Positions 1 through 9,400 of a DNA stretch of 64,000 nt are shown piece by piece. The notes below the pieces were generated by a model, which made no database searches, had not been told where the DNA came from, and saw nothing but the letters and a program-made list of their open reading frames with translations. Every line of letters begins with the position of its first letter. Positions within the stretch are counted from its first letter, which is position 1. This DNA is from Armatimonadota bacterium (GTDB lineage Bacteria; Armatimonadota; Fimbriimonadia; Fimbriimonadales; GBS-DC): positions 177,438-241,437 of the forward strand of contig JBBIML010000006.1 of NCBI GenBank assembly GCA_037444405.1, in the 5' to 3' direction. Both the position numbers and the translations under genes were made by a program.

Positions 1-10
1 CTTAACCCTT

Positions 11-1030
11 TTGTCTACACCACCCACTGCCTCGACACAACCAAGTTCTTCAACGACATATATTTCTATCGATATTAATGATATTAATTCAAATATAATA
101 AATGAGTGGCATATCGATTTCGGTCAACGATCAGTTCTATTTAAGAAGATTAAAGATGACACGACCCAACAAACACCCAAGAGGCTTCGCCCCATTGTAA
201 AGTCAGAACCCATTAAACAAGCTGCCTATGATGGCACGCGGTGGGTTATCATACTGGACGACTATCACCATCCGCTCAAACTACCTGAATATGACTGGCG
301 GTATCAAGTGATCTTGCTTGGTAGCCTCGAAGAGGGTATAAAGGTGATTAATAGGATTGAGAGTAGCGACCTGCTCCTGCCTTTGTTCGGACTTCATCGA
401 GCCTATCTGTTTGCTGAAAATAATATAGACAGTTTAATAAAAGTTAATAAAGCTCTTAATGTTGAAGGGATACCGAATGGGTGGAGAGTAGAGACAGTTG
501 GAGTTGATCGGATAAATGGATATGAATGTTACAGAATCCGAGCTTCTAACCCCAATCTGCAATCCACAGTCTGGCTCTGGTTCTGTCCTAACTTGCAGAA
601 TCGGTGTGTGCGCGCGGAAGCTCTGGTATCTGGCAACATTAAGGTCAATGGACAGCCCGCATCATTTGCAATCGCTGCTGAGATAACAGAGTGGGCTACT
701 GAAGACTTCAAAATCCCCATGCCCAGAAAATTAAAGATTACGAGATATTTTCCATCTTCTAAATCGGAGTATATCCTGTTTGATCGTGTTGAAGCGACTG
801 TTCGCTATCTGAAGCCGATAGCCGAGCATGAGTATCATCTTTCGATTCCGACTGATTCGGCGCATGTTTCAGACAACATCAATAACCGTGTTTATACCGT
901 CGGTAAGATGGTTCCCATCGCCCCCCGCAAATCGCTGGTAGTGCCCGCACTGATTGCAGGCTCAGTCATAATGGCGCTGATAGCCATTTTCGGCTTACGC
1001 GCTTACAGGAGGTGGGCTTACCGTGGATAA
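11..1030 (+). CDS. Hypothetical envelope protein with a C-terminal TM anchor. The ORF is open to the left window edge, so it may be 5'-partial. The middle region is weakly reminiscent of LolA/RseB-fold lipoprotein-sorting-like proteins.
   Basis: Long ORF in a clearly AT-richer region. C-terminal hydrophobic stretch VVPALIAGSVIMALIAIFGL followed by basic residues. No upstream stop between position 2 and the TTG at 11. Its 3' end overlaps the next ORF by 8 nt. Confidence 0.5.
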   Translation: MSTPPTASTQPSSSTTYISIDINDINSNIINEWHIDFGQRSVLFKKIKDDTTQQTPKRLRPIVKSEPIKQAAYDGTRWVIILDDYHHPLKLPEYDWRYQVILLGSLEEGIKVINRIESSDLLLPLFGLHRAYLFAENNIDSLIKVNKALNVEGIPNGWRVETVGVDRINGYECYRIRASNPNLQSTVWLWFCPNLQNRCVRAEALVSGNIKVNGQPASFAIAAEITEWATEDFKIPMPRKLKITRYFPSSKSEYILFDRVEATVRYLKPIAEHEYHLSIPTDSAHVSDNINNRVYTVGKMVPIAPRKSLVVPALIAGSVIMALIAIFGLRAYRRWAYRG

Positions 1031-2054
1031 ACGGAAGGTGTTGATGAGCTTGCCTGCGGTCCTCCTATTGTTGCTGATTGGAGTGACCACCTATTGGTGG
1101 ATAACGCGATCATCCACAGCGTCACGATCATCAGCAGATGAGCTACCTGTGTTCGCGACATCCAGAGTATCGATTGGTAATCGGTTTGAAGAGGATCATA
1201 CCTATACAGATGTTAAATTCGTAAACAAAACAAATCTCACATGGCGAGTGAAAAGGGTACTTTATTCCTGTTGTGGAAACACGGAGCAATACTATCGCTG
1301 GCAGCCTGAAGTTGTTCCTCCTGGCGCCACTTTGCAAGTGCATGCCCGACTGGACTTTTCGGGGCATCTGGCAGGTGTTGCAGAGAGAGCTTTTGTGCAG
1401 ACCTTCTGGGTGGAGGTGGAAACGGATGGCAACCCCCGAAGAGGCTTTCTTGTCGCGGAAGTTGAGGGGGTTCAGAAGAACTGTCTTCCTGACGCTCCTC
1501 TGTATCTGCATCTGAAATCATCCAAGCCAGGCACATTATCTTACAGCCTCCATCCAGAAATCAATCTGCAAGACATCAAGGTATCTACAACCTTGCCATG
1601 TCTGCGGGCTTTTGTCGACACCCAGCAGAGACAATTGAGGATCAAATACTATCCTGTTGATAAAGACTATTCTGGAAAATTAATCATAAAAGATAAAGAA
1701 GGAAATATAGTTCGTACAATTGTTGTTGCAATTATGCCTGCGGAACGAATCCTCATAACTCCCCGCTTATTAGGATTTGGATTGGTTGATAAAAACAAAA
1801 TTTATAGAAAATATTTAAGATTAAATCTTGGAAAAATTTTGCAATATCATAACGAGATAAGGCTCCTTAATCCTGTATCGCCTGCGGGCAGGTTCCGAAT
1901 CGCTGACATCGAGCGCGAGAACCAATCGGTGCTTTTGACAATTGAGTTTGTGCCGCATACTGATGGCGTCCATCGAGGGAAGCTCAGAATTCAAGCAGGC
2001 AAAACGGCTCTCGATGTACCGTGGAGCTGCGAAACCGTGCCTGCCTCGCGCTAA
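1023..2054 (+). CDS. Membrane-anchored hypothetical protein with DUF1573-like (Ig-like) repeat features.
   Basis: N-terminal TM/signal anchor LPAVLLLLLIGVTTYWW. The segment VKFVNKTNLTWRVKRVLYSCCGNT...VPPGATLQVHARLDF resembles the DUF1573 pattern (SCGC motif followed by xPG). AT-rich codon usage like the preceding ORF. Confidence 0.5.
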   Translation: MDKRKVLMSLPAVLLLLLIGVTTYWWITRSSTASRSSADELPVFATSRVSIGNRFEEDHTYTDVKFVNKTNLTWRVKRVLYSCCGNTEQYYRWQPEVVPPGATLQVHARLDFSGHLAGVAERAFVQTFWVEVETDGNPRRGFLVAEVEGVQKNCLPDAPLYLHLKSSKPGTLSYSLHPEINLQDIKVSTTLPCLRAFVDTQQRQLRIKYYPVDKDYSGKLIIKDKEGNIVRTIVVAIMPAERILITPRLLGFGLVDKNKIYRKYLRLNLGKILQYHNEIRLLNPVSPAGRFRIADIERENQSVLLTIEFVPHTDGVHRGKLRIQAGKTALDVPWSCETVPASR

Positions 2055-2102
2055 CGGGCGTACTCAAGAAAAAAAGTTGCTTATCAGGTACAGTCTATAG
2101 TG

Positions 2103-3488
2103 ATGGCGAAGGCACGGGTGCAGTATGTGTGTGCGACCTGTGGGCATATAACGCCGCGCTGGGTGGGGCGCTGCCCCGAATGCGGCGAGTGGAACACCCT
2201 TCAGGAGGAATCGGTCGGCGTCGTACAGCGGTCGCCCAGGCGCGGTGGCGGTCAGACGGTTGTCAAGCCCCTGCTCGCCATGCCCATCACCGCCCTCCCT
2301 GAAGAGACCGAAGCCCACATCCCCACCGGACTGGAGGAGTTCGACCGCGTGCTGGGCGGCGGCATCGTGCGCGGCGCGATGGTGCTGATCGGCGGCGAGC
2401 CGGGCGTCGGCAAAAGCACGCTGATGCTGCAAATCGCCCATCGGCTGGCGCAACACGGAACCGTGCTGTATATCACAGGCGAGGAATCGGTTCGCCAGCT
2501 GCGCCTGCGTGCCCGCCGCCTGCAGACCGAGCATCCGAACCTGAAGGTCGCCACGGGCAACGAGCTGGAGAGCGTCCTGGCGCTCCTTGAGAATGAGCTG
2601 CCCTTCGCGGCGATTATCGACTCCATCCAGACGCTCTACACGCCCGCTGTGGAAGCCGTGCTCGGCACCGTCTCGCAGATTCGAACCTGCGCCAGCGCGC
2701 TGCAACAGCTCGCCAAAGCGCACGAAATCACGCTGTTCTTGATCGGGCATGTCACCAAAGAGGGCGCGATTGCCGGACCGAAGGTGCTGGAGCATCTGGT
2801 CGACACAGTTCTCTACTTTGAGGGTGAACCGCAGGGCGCGTTCCGCATTCTGCGAGCGACCAAGAATCGGTTCGGGGCGACTGACGAGATTGGCGTGTTC
2901 GATTTGCGGGCGGAGGGGCTGGTTCCCGTGCCGAACCCGTCGGAGCTGCTGCTGGCGGAGCGGGCGACCGACGCGCCCGGCTCGGTGGTGTTCCCTGCGC
3001 TGGAGGGCAGTCGCGCCCTGTTGATGGAGATTCAGGCACTGACCACGCCCTCCTTTCTGAACACGCCGCGCCGCGTTATCACAGGGTTGAGCTATGAGCG
3101 GGTGAGCCTTGTGCTGGCGGTGCTGGAGAAGCGACTGGGCTATCGGATGATCTCGCACGATGTGTTTGTGAATGTGGCGGGTGGGTTGCGCTTGCAGGAG
3201 CCGGCGGCGGATCTGGCGGTGCTGATGGCGGTCGCCTCTGCGATGCGCGATCAGCCGTTGCGCCCCGATCTGGTGGTGTTTGGCGAGGTGGGGCTGGGCG
3301 GTGAGGTGCGGGGCGTGCCGCGCATGGAGGCACGCCTGCGCGAAGCGGCTCGCATGGGCTTCCGCTACGCACTCGTGCCCCACAGCAATCTCCAGCGCCC
3401 GCACGAACGGCTCCCGCTCAGCGCGTTCCCCGTCCGCCACGCCCGCGAAGCCATCGCCCAGGCGCTGGCACACACCGAATCGGGTTAG
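2103..3488 (+). CDS. radA: DNA repair protein RadA/Sms.
   Basis: N-terminal Zn-ribbon CATCGHITPRWVGRCPECGEW, Walker A GGEPGVGKST, KNRFG motif and Lon-like C-terminal domain. ATG at 2103 preferred over the GTG at 2100. Confidence 0.9.
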   Translation: MAKARVQYVCATCGHITPRWVGRCPECGEWNTLQEESVGVVQRSPRRGGGQTVVKPLLAMPITALPEETEAHIPTGLEEFDRVLGGGIVRGAMVLIGGEPGVGKSTLMLQIAHRLAQHGTVLYITGEESVRQLRLRARRLQTEHPNLKVATGNELESVLALLENELPFAAIIDSIQTLYTPAVEAVLGTVSQIRTCASALQQLAKAHEITLFLIGHVTKEGAIAGPKVLEHLVDTVLYFEGEPQGAFRILRATKNRFGATDEIGVFDLRAEGLVPVPNPSELLLAERATDAPGSVVFPALEGSRALLMEIQALTTPSFLNTPRRVITGLSYERVSLVLAVLEKRLGYRMISHDVFVNVAGGLRLQEPAADLAVLMAVASAMRDQPLRPDLVVFGEVGLGGEVRGVPRMEARLREAARMGFRYALVPHSNLQRPHERLPLSAFPVRHAREAIAQALAHTESG

Positions 3489-3529
3489 CCCCTCTCCCCC
3501 ACTGGGGAAGAGGGTACGGGTGAGGGGGC
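3488..3529. repeat. REP-like nested palindromic element, copy a.
   Basis: gcccctctcccccactggggaagagggtacgggtgagggggc lies between the convergent radA and membrane-protein genes. It is the near reverse complement of the element at 58343-58384. Confidence 0.6.
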
Positions 3530-3535
3530 TGAACC

Positions 3536-5512
3536 TCACTGATCCCAGCCTAAATGCCCATTAATGGAGATGGTGTACACCGCCTGACCCGTCACCAGCC
3601 GATAGATGGCTAATGGCGTGTCCACCGCGAACTCCGCCAGGATCACCCCCAGCGCAATCGCCCGCAGCTTCTCATAGCCCGGCAAGCCCCAGTAGCGGTT
3701 CACAAACAGCTTGATAATCAGCACCATTAGCAGCCCGAACCAGATGTAGTCGATGCCAAAGTTCATCGAGAGCGCGTAGCCCGCGGGATGGATCGGGAAG
3801 CCAGGCACGCGATAGCGAATGAAATCGAGCAGCAGCACGAAGCAGAACGCGCCCGTGAAGAACGCCATCGCCGTTACATTCGGCGGGTAGCGGTTATCGG
3901 CTAACTGCGTGATGACACCCGCCATGCCGCCCGCCCAGTCCGGTGCGCCATCCCGATAGAACCGATTCACGCTGAACAGCTCGCCCAGAAAGATGCCCGT
4001 CAGCACCGCCGCCGCAATCACAAAAAACAGCCCGCGCTGATTGAGGCGGGCAATCTCGCCCATCTTCATCGCCTCCAGCTCGTACGGCATCGGATGCGTG
4101 CGGTGCAAACGGTTCATAAAATGGAAGGTGGTCATCAGGCGAGCGATGGTCGATTCGGAGAGATTCTGCGTGCCCGTGAAGGCAATCATCAGCTGGTGCG
4201 GTCCCATGAACGCCATCTCGTGGATGGGGGCGCCCAGCTGCGCCCGCAACCGCGCCACAATCACGCTGAACGCCATGTAGAGCGCCACATAGATGGTCAC
4301 CAGCCACCAGGGCAGCCCCACCGCCACGCCCAGCCCAATCAGCAGACCCAGACTGAGAATCAGCCCGATGAACGCCCAGCGTGCAGAAATCGCGTAGCCC
4401 GCGTCGGGGTTGAACCCTGTGCGAATCTCGTTCCAGATCTCCTTCAGATAACCGCGCGACGCCCACACCACGCTCACGAACAGCCCCAGAAACGCGCCCC
4501 ACGACTGCTCGCTGAAATAGGGCGGCTGCGGCACCAGATAGCCCCCACCAAACACGCCCTGCTCGTAGCCCAGCGCCGCCGTAATCACCTGCATCCCCTT
4601 GCGCACAAAGTAGAACAGAATGCACGAAAAGAGCAGGTCATTCGGCACGAACACGCCAATCGCCGTCATATAAGGAAACAGCCCCATCGGGATCCAGCCA
4701 ATCTGATTCCAGGGCGGGCTTTGCAGGTACTCGTTCAATCGCGCCAGAAAGCGCACCTTGATGGGCGGAATCCACGGATAGAAGAAGTTGAGCGCGTTCA
4801 GCGTGTCGATGGCAACCATCACGAGGAAGCCACCCCACAGATATTTGCTCCGCCACAGCGGCGCCTGCGGCTGACACAGCAGCATCGGCACTTGCAGGAT
4901 GGGGAACGCCAGCCGCTCTTGCTGCGTCCACAGCCGCCGCATCAGCGCGTTAATGCAGAGCATCGCCAGCGCCGCCGAGCCGAACAGCCCCATCCAGCCC
5001 AGAAAGATGGGCAACCACAGGGGCAACTTCGTCAGCACATAGGGCATCCCGTGCCCGCCCTGACCGTAATCCGGCAGCTGATCCCCGCTTTTGAAGAAGA
5101 GCCAGCCGGCAATATGGGGCAGCACGCGCGTCTTGTAGGTGTTGTTCTGGTCGGCATACAGCCCGAAGGCGTGCCAGAGCGGTGAGACGACCGCCATCCA
5201 CTCCGCCGACATCGCCGTGCCCACAAACAGAATGCTGAACAGCAGCACCAGATCGGGCGTGCGCAGAAACCAGCGACGGGTCAGCCCGTAGCCGATGGCG
5301 TTCAGCAGGGCGACCGCCATCAGCGCGGAAACGGGTGGGATAATCAGCGAGAAGATGACGCTCACCACGCTCTCCACCGCCCAGTAGGTGGTGAACGGCA
5401 ACAGGGCGAACCCGATCAGCAGCGCTCGCAACCGAATCGGGTTCGCCTGTTCCGATGGAGCCACCTCGCTCACAGCGGAGACCATTGCCTCCGATGAGGG
5501 CTTCGTTTGCAT
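3536..5512 (-). CDS. Large polytopic integral membrane protein, family not recognised.
   Basis: 658-aa ORF with more than 12 hydrophobic segments spread over its whole length. Its codon usage is typical of the window. Confidence 0.7.
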   Translation of the reverse strand: MQTKPSSEAMVSAVSEVAPSEQANPIRLRALLIGFALLPFTTYWAVESVVSVIFSLIIPPVSALMAVALLNAIGYGLTRRWFLRTPDLVLLFSILFVGTAMSAEWMAVVSPLWHAFGLYADQNNTYKTRVLPHIAGWLFFKSGDQLPDYGQGGHGMPYVLTKLPLWLPIFLGWMGLFGSAALAMLCINALMRRLWTQQERLAFPILQVPMLLCQPQAPLWRSKYLWGGFLVMVAIDTLNALNFFYPWIPPIKVRFLARLNEYLQSPPWNQIGWIPMGLFPYMTAIGVFVPNDLLFSCILFYFVRKGMQVITAALGYEQGVFGGGYLVPQPPYFSEQSWGAFLGLFVSVVWASRGYLKEIWNEIRTGFNPDAGYAISARWAFIGLILSLGLLIGLGVAVGLPWWLVTIYVALYMAFSVIVARLRAQLGAPIHEMAFMGPHQLMIAFTGTQNLSESTIARLMTTFHFMNRLHRTHPMPYELEAMKMGEIARLNQRGLFFVIAAAVLTGIFLGELFSVNRFYRDGAPDWAGGMAGVITQLADNRYPPNVTAMAFFTGAFCFVLLLDFIRYRVPGFPIHPAGYALSMNFGIDYIWFGLLMVLIIKLFVNRYWGLPGYEKLRAIALGVILAEFAVDTPLAIYRLVTGQAVYTISINGHLGWDQ

Positions 5513-5564
5513 CGATATATGTTTTGATTCGCCCTGCGCCGCCGATTGTCCTGCTCACCCGGGC

Positions 5565-6683
5565 TTATCCGAGTCGGTTCAGGCGCACGCGATAGATATG
5601 GGCGGACGCCTCGCGCGGGATGCCGCCGCGTGCCAGCGCGCGCTCGATCTGCTCCTGCGAGATTCGCGCGTCGGGGATGGGCGGCACAATCGCGCTGACG
5701 CGACCTTGCCACTCCACCAGCACGGCGTCGCGCTGGGGATCCACCTGCGCCCCCTCCCGCAACGGCTCATACGACTCCACCAGATAGACCACATAGCGCA
5801 GGGTGGGCAGCTCATACGGCTCCACGGGCGGGCGGTGCGGGTCCAGCAGGGCGGCGCGGGTCGCCTGATGGATAATCTCGTGAGCGCGGGTCGGCTTCTG
5901 GGGCTTCAGACTGCCCATCAGTCCGCGCAGTTGCTCGTCCTGATAGAGCGCGACGAACACACTGCCTGGCTCCCGCAGCGCCTTCGGCAGGCGTCGCAGG
6001 TCAGGCTCAATCAGCGCGCCCTCCTGCACGAACCGCTCCACCGCCGTCTGCGCCAGCTGCAGGCAAGCTGCTTCCAGCGACGGCTCCGTTTTGCGCCATG
6101 TGAGGCGCGGCTCCTGACCACGCAGGATGCGCTGAATGTTGGCGCGATGGCGGAACACCACAATCGCCGCCGCGACCGCCAGAATCGCGATGGCAGCGGG
6201 CGAGTGCCCGAACCAGTAGGCGGCAATTGGCACGGTAATCGCGCCCAGAATGGAGCCGAGCGAGACCCAGCGGGTCAGCCCGAAGGCAATCAGCCACACG
6301 ACAAAGGCGACGCCAGCGGTCGCGGGCGCAGCCGCTAACAGCACGCCCAGCCCTGTCGCGATGCCCTTGCCGCCCCGAAAGCGCATAAAAGGCGAGAAGG
6401 TGTGTCCCAGTATCGCCGCCGCGCCGATTAGCAAAGCGTCCACATCGCTCTGGGTCGCACGAACCACTGCAAAGGTGGGCAGCCAGCCCTTGAAGGCGTC
6501 CAGCAACAGCACCGCCACGCCCGCCTTCGCGCCCAGCACACGGAACACATTCGTCGCGCCGATGTTGCCGCTCCCATGCTGGCGGATATCGACCCCGCGC
6601 AGTCGCCCCACCCAGTAGCCGAACGGCAGCGAGCCGATACCGAACGCCACCAGCATCACTCCAAGCAGCGCGTACCACTCCAT
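5565..6683 (-). CDS. plsY: Glycerol-3-phosphate acyltransferase PlsY fused to a C-terminal AMMECR1-like domain.
   Basis: Residues 1-197 carry PlsY hallmarks (GSGNIGATNVFR, FKGGKGIATGLG). The C-terminal ~175 aa follow the AMMECR1 pattern (GSVFVALY..LRGLMGS...LLDPHRPPV...ELPTL...VYLVES). Confidence 0.75.
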   Translation of the reverse strand: MEWYALLGVMLVAFGIGSLPFGYWVGRLRGVDIRQHGSGNIGATNVFRVLGAKAGVAVLLLDAFKGWLPTFAVVRATQSDVDALLIGAAAILGHTFSPFMRFRGGKGIATGLGVLLAAAPATAGVAFVVWLIAFGLTRWVSLGSILGAITVPIAAYWFGHSPAAIAILAVAAAIVVFRHRANIQRILRGQEPRLTWRKTEPSLEAACLQLAQTAVERFVQEGALIEPDLRRLPKALREPGSVFVALYQDEQLRGLMGSLKPQKPTRAHEIIHQATRAALLDPHRPPVEPYELPTLRYVVYLVESYEPLREGAQVDPQRDAVLVEWQGRVSAIVPPIPDARISQEQIERALARGGIPREASAHIYRVRLNRLG

Positions 6684-6707
6684 CCCAGCAGATTATACCG
6701 CAGGCTT

Positions 6708-8198
6708 CTAACGATGGGCGCGTTCGATGGCTCGCAGGGCAGCCATCGCCTTGTTGAGGCACTCCTGATACTCGCGTTCAGGCTGCGAATCGGCGACGAT
6801 CCCCGCTCCCGCCTGCACATGCGCGACGCCATCCTTGAGCAGGATGGTGCGGATGGTGATGCAGGTGTCCATGTCGCCTGTGTAGCTGAAGTAGCCGACG
6901 GCGCCCGCGTAGGGTCCGCGGCGGGTCGGCTCCAGCTCCTCAATAATCTCCATCGCCCTCACTTTGGGCGCGCCTGCCACCGTGCCCGCGGGGAAGCAGG
7001 CGCGCAACACATCGAAACTGTCCACGCCCGCCTTCAGCCGCCCGCGCACCTCCGACACGATATGCATCACATGCGAGTAGCGCTCAATCACCATCAGCTC
7101 GGGCACATGCACCGTGCCATACTCGCAGACGCGCCCCAGGTCGTTGCGCCCCAGATCGACCAGCATGATATGCTCGGCGCGTTCCTTCTCGTCGGCAAGC
7201 AGTTCCTGCGCCAGTTGCTGATCTTCGGTTTCGTTCGCGCCGCGCGGGCGTGTGCCCGCAATCGGGCGCGTGGTCGCCTGACGCCCCTCCACCGTTACCA
7301 GCACCTCTGGCGACGCGCCAACCAGCGTCATATCGTCCATGCGCAGGAAAAACATATAGGGCGACGGGTTGATGGAGCGCAGGGCGCGATAGATGTTGAG
7401 CGCGGGCGCACGCACAGGCTGGCTGAACCGCTGGGACAGCACCACCTGAATGCAGTCGCCCGCATGGATATACTCCACCGCGCGCTCCACCGCCTTCAGA
7501 AACGCCTCGCGCGCCATGTTCGGCGTCGGATTGAGCTGGAAGCTGGGGTCTTCAAAGGGTGGCGGGGGTGGCAGCGGGCGATTGAGCTGGGTCAATACGC
7601 TTTCGATGCGCTCCGTCGCTCGCCGATACGCGCTCGACGGCTCGGCGCACGGCGGCGCATTCACCAGCACCTGAATGCGATGCAACACATGGTCAAAAAT
7701 CAGCAGCACTTCGGGGAAGATGAGGCAACAGTCGTCGGTTTGCAAATCGTCTGCGGTCTGGTCAGGCAGGCGTTCGAGGAAGCGCACATAGTCGTAGGCG
7801 ATATAGCCGACCGCGCCGCCGGTGAATCGGGGTAGTTGCGGGTCGCGCCGATAGCGGAACCGATAGAGCAGCGCGCGCACGGCGTCGAGCGGGTCCTGGT
7901 TCGGGGGCAGCTCCAGCGTTCGCCAGCCTGTGTCGCGCTCCCACAGGCGCATGAGGCGCCCTTTAGAGCGCACAATCGCCGTCGGCGCAAAGCCGATAAA
8001 GGAGTAGCGGGCGATGCGCTCGCCCCCGCTCACGCTCTCCAGCAAAAAGGCGTACGGCTCGTCGCCTGCCACCTTGTAGAAGGCGGAGAGGGGCGTCTCC
8101 CAGTCTGCCAGCACCGCCTGATGGACGGGCGCCATCAGCCCCGCCGCCTGCCAGCGGCAAAAGGCATCCGCATCAGGCTGAATCGCCAGCCTATACAC
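6708..8198 (-). CDS. trpE: Anthranilate synthase component I (GTG start).
   Basis: Chorismate-binding family motifs LLESVSGGERIARYSFIG, GTVAGAPKVRAMEIIEELE, RGPYAGAVGYFSYTGDMDTCITIRT and GAGIVADSQPEREYQE. Confidence 0.8.
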   Translation of the reverse strand: MYRLAIQPDADAFCRWQAAGLMAPVHQAVLADWETPLSAFYKVAGDEPYAFLLESVSGGERIARYSFIGFAPTAIVRSKGRLMRLWERDTGWRTLELPPNQDPLDAVRALLYRFRYRRDPQLPRFTGGAVGYIAYDYVRFLERLPDQTADDLQTDDCCLIFPEVLLIFDHVLHRIQVLVNAPPCAEPSSAYRRATERIESVLTQLNRPLPPPPPFEDPSFQLNPTPNMAREAFLKAVERAVEYIHAGDCIQVVLSQRFSQPVRAPALNIYRALRSINPSPYMFFLRMDDMTLVGASPEVLVTVEGRQATTRPIAGTRPRGANETEDQQLAQELLADEKERAEHIMLVDLGRNDLGRVCEYGTVHVPELMVIERYSHVMHIVSEVRGRLKAGVDSFDVLRACFPAGTVAGAPKVRAMEIIEELEPTRRGPYAGAVGYFSYTGDMDTCITIRTILLKDGVAHVQAGAGIVADSQPEREYQECLNKAMAALRAIERAHR

Positions 8199-8323
8199 CG
8201 TCGGGCGAACCCCCTCGATCCGTCCAGATTGACCCTGCCCGCCTGTATGCGCACTCCATCGGCACCGCCCCGAAGTATACCCGTCGGCAGGAAAGGGCGC
8301 TTGCCTGCTGAACTCAGGAGGGG

Positions 8324-9400
8324 ATGAAACGCACGGCTTTATATGAGGCGCATCGGCAGCTGGGCGCGCGCATGGTGGAGTTCGCGGGCTGGGAGATGCC
8401 CATCCAGTACCAGAGCATTCTGGACGAGGCGCGCGCGGTGCGCACTCGCTGGGGCATCTTCGATGTGAGCCATATGGGGCGCGCCTGCCTGCACGGCGAG
8501 AACACCATCCCGTTTTTGAACCTGTTAGTGCCCAGCGATCTGGGCAAGCTGGGCGACAACAGCGCGCTCTATACCGTGCTGACCAACGAGCGCGGCGGCG
8601 TCGTGGACGATATCATCCTCTATCGGCAATCGCCCGACCAGTGGCTGATGGTGTTCAACGCCGCCAACCACGACAAAGACCTCGCGTGGCTCCAGCGCTG
8701 GCAGGGACGCTTCAATCCGCCGCCCACCATCGACGACCAGACCGAGCGCACGGTGATGATTGCGGTTCAGGGACCCGAAGCGGTGGCGCATCTGACGGCA
8801 TTATTGGCGCCGCGCCTCACCGATGTGCCGCGGTTTGGAGCGCTCGCGTTTGAGTGGCGCGGGGTGCCCGTTTTTGCGGGACGCACAGGCTATACAGGTG
8901 AAGATGGTTTTGAGCTGATTGTGCCTGCGGAAGCGGGTGAGGCACTATGGGAGACCCTGTTGCAGGCGGGCGCGACACCCTGCGGGCTGGGCGCCCGCGA
9001 TGTGCTGCGCGTGGAAGCAGGACTCCATCTCTATGGGCACGAACTGACCGACGACACGAACCCCATTGAGGCGGGGTTGGGCTGGCTTGTGAGCGAGCGC
9101 ACCGACTACATCGGCGCGGACATCATCCAGCGGGTCAAAACCGAAGGTGCTGCGCGCCGCCTGATGGGGATCGTGCTGCAGGAGCGCGGCGTGCCCCGTG
9201 AGGGCTATCCCGTGCTGATTGAGGGGCAGGTGGTGGCGCAGCTCACCAGCGGCGTCTACTCGCCCACGCTTGAATGCGGAATCGGAATGGCGTATCTGCC
9301 CGCTGAATGGGCGAAGGCAGGCACACCCTGCGCAGTGGAGATTCGCGGACGCGCCGTGCCCGCGCTGATCACCACCCGCCGCTTCCTCAAACGAGGCTGA
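8324..9400 (+). CDS. gcvT: Glycine cleavage system aminomethyltransferase (T protein).
   Basis: MKRTALYEAHRQLGARMVEFAGWEMPIQY...FDVSHMG is typical of GcvT, and the length is right. An SD (aggagg) lies upstream. Confidence 0.9.
   Translation: MKRTALYEAHRQLGARMVEFAGWEMPIQYQSILDEARAVRTRWGIFDVSHMGRACLHGENTIPFLNLLVPSDLGKLGDNSALYTVLTNERGGVVDDIILYRQSPDQWLMVFNAANHDKDLAWLQRWQGRFNPPPTIDDQTERTVMIAVQGPEAVAHLTALLAPRLTDVPRFGALAFEWRGVPVFAGRTGYTGEDGFELIVPAEAGEALWETLLQAGATPCGLGARDVLRVEAGLHLYGHELTDDTNPIEAGLGWLVSERTDYIGADIIQRVKTEGAARRLMGIVLQERGVPREGYPVLIEGQVVAQLTSGVYSPTLECGIGMAYLPAEWAKAGTPCAVEIRGRAVPALITTRRFLKRG

Noticed and set aside
2064-3539. 491-aa minus-strand ORF opposite radA.
   Set aside because: It is antisense to a clearly conserved RadA reading frame, has no recognisable motifs and has a highly biased R/A/G/H composition.
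6576-7835. 419-aa plus-strand ORF opposite trpE. Similar long antisense ORFs occur at 4094..5185, 46357..47445, 55679..56590, 53402..54187, 58384..59256 and 60922..61821.
   Set aside because: All of them lie fully inside, and antisense to, genes with strong family signatures. They are GC-bias artefacts.
8199-8323. Glycine riboswitch upstream of gcvT.
   Set aside because: The spacer is only about 125 nt and is shared with the divergent trpE. I could not find the conserved GGAGAG...CACCG.AGGGGCAA / CUCUGGAGAG core elements; only loose fragments such as CTCAGG are present.
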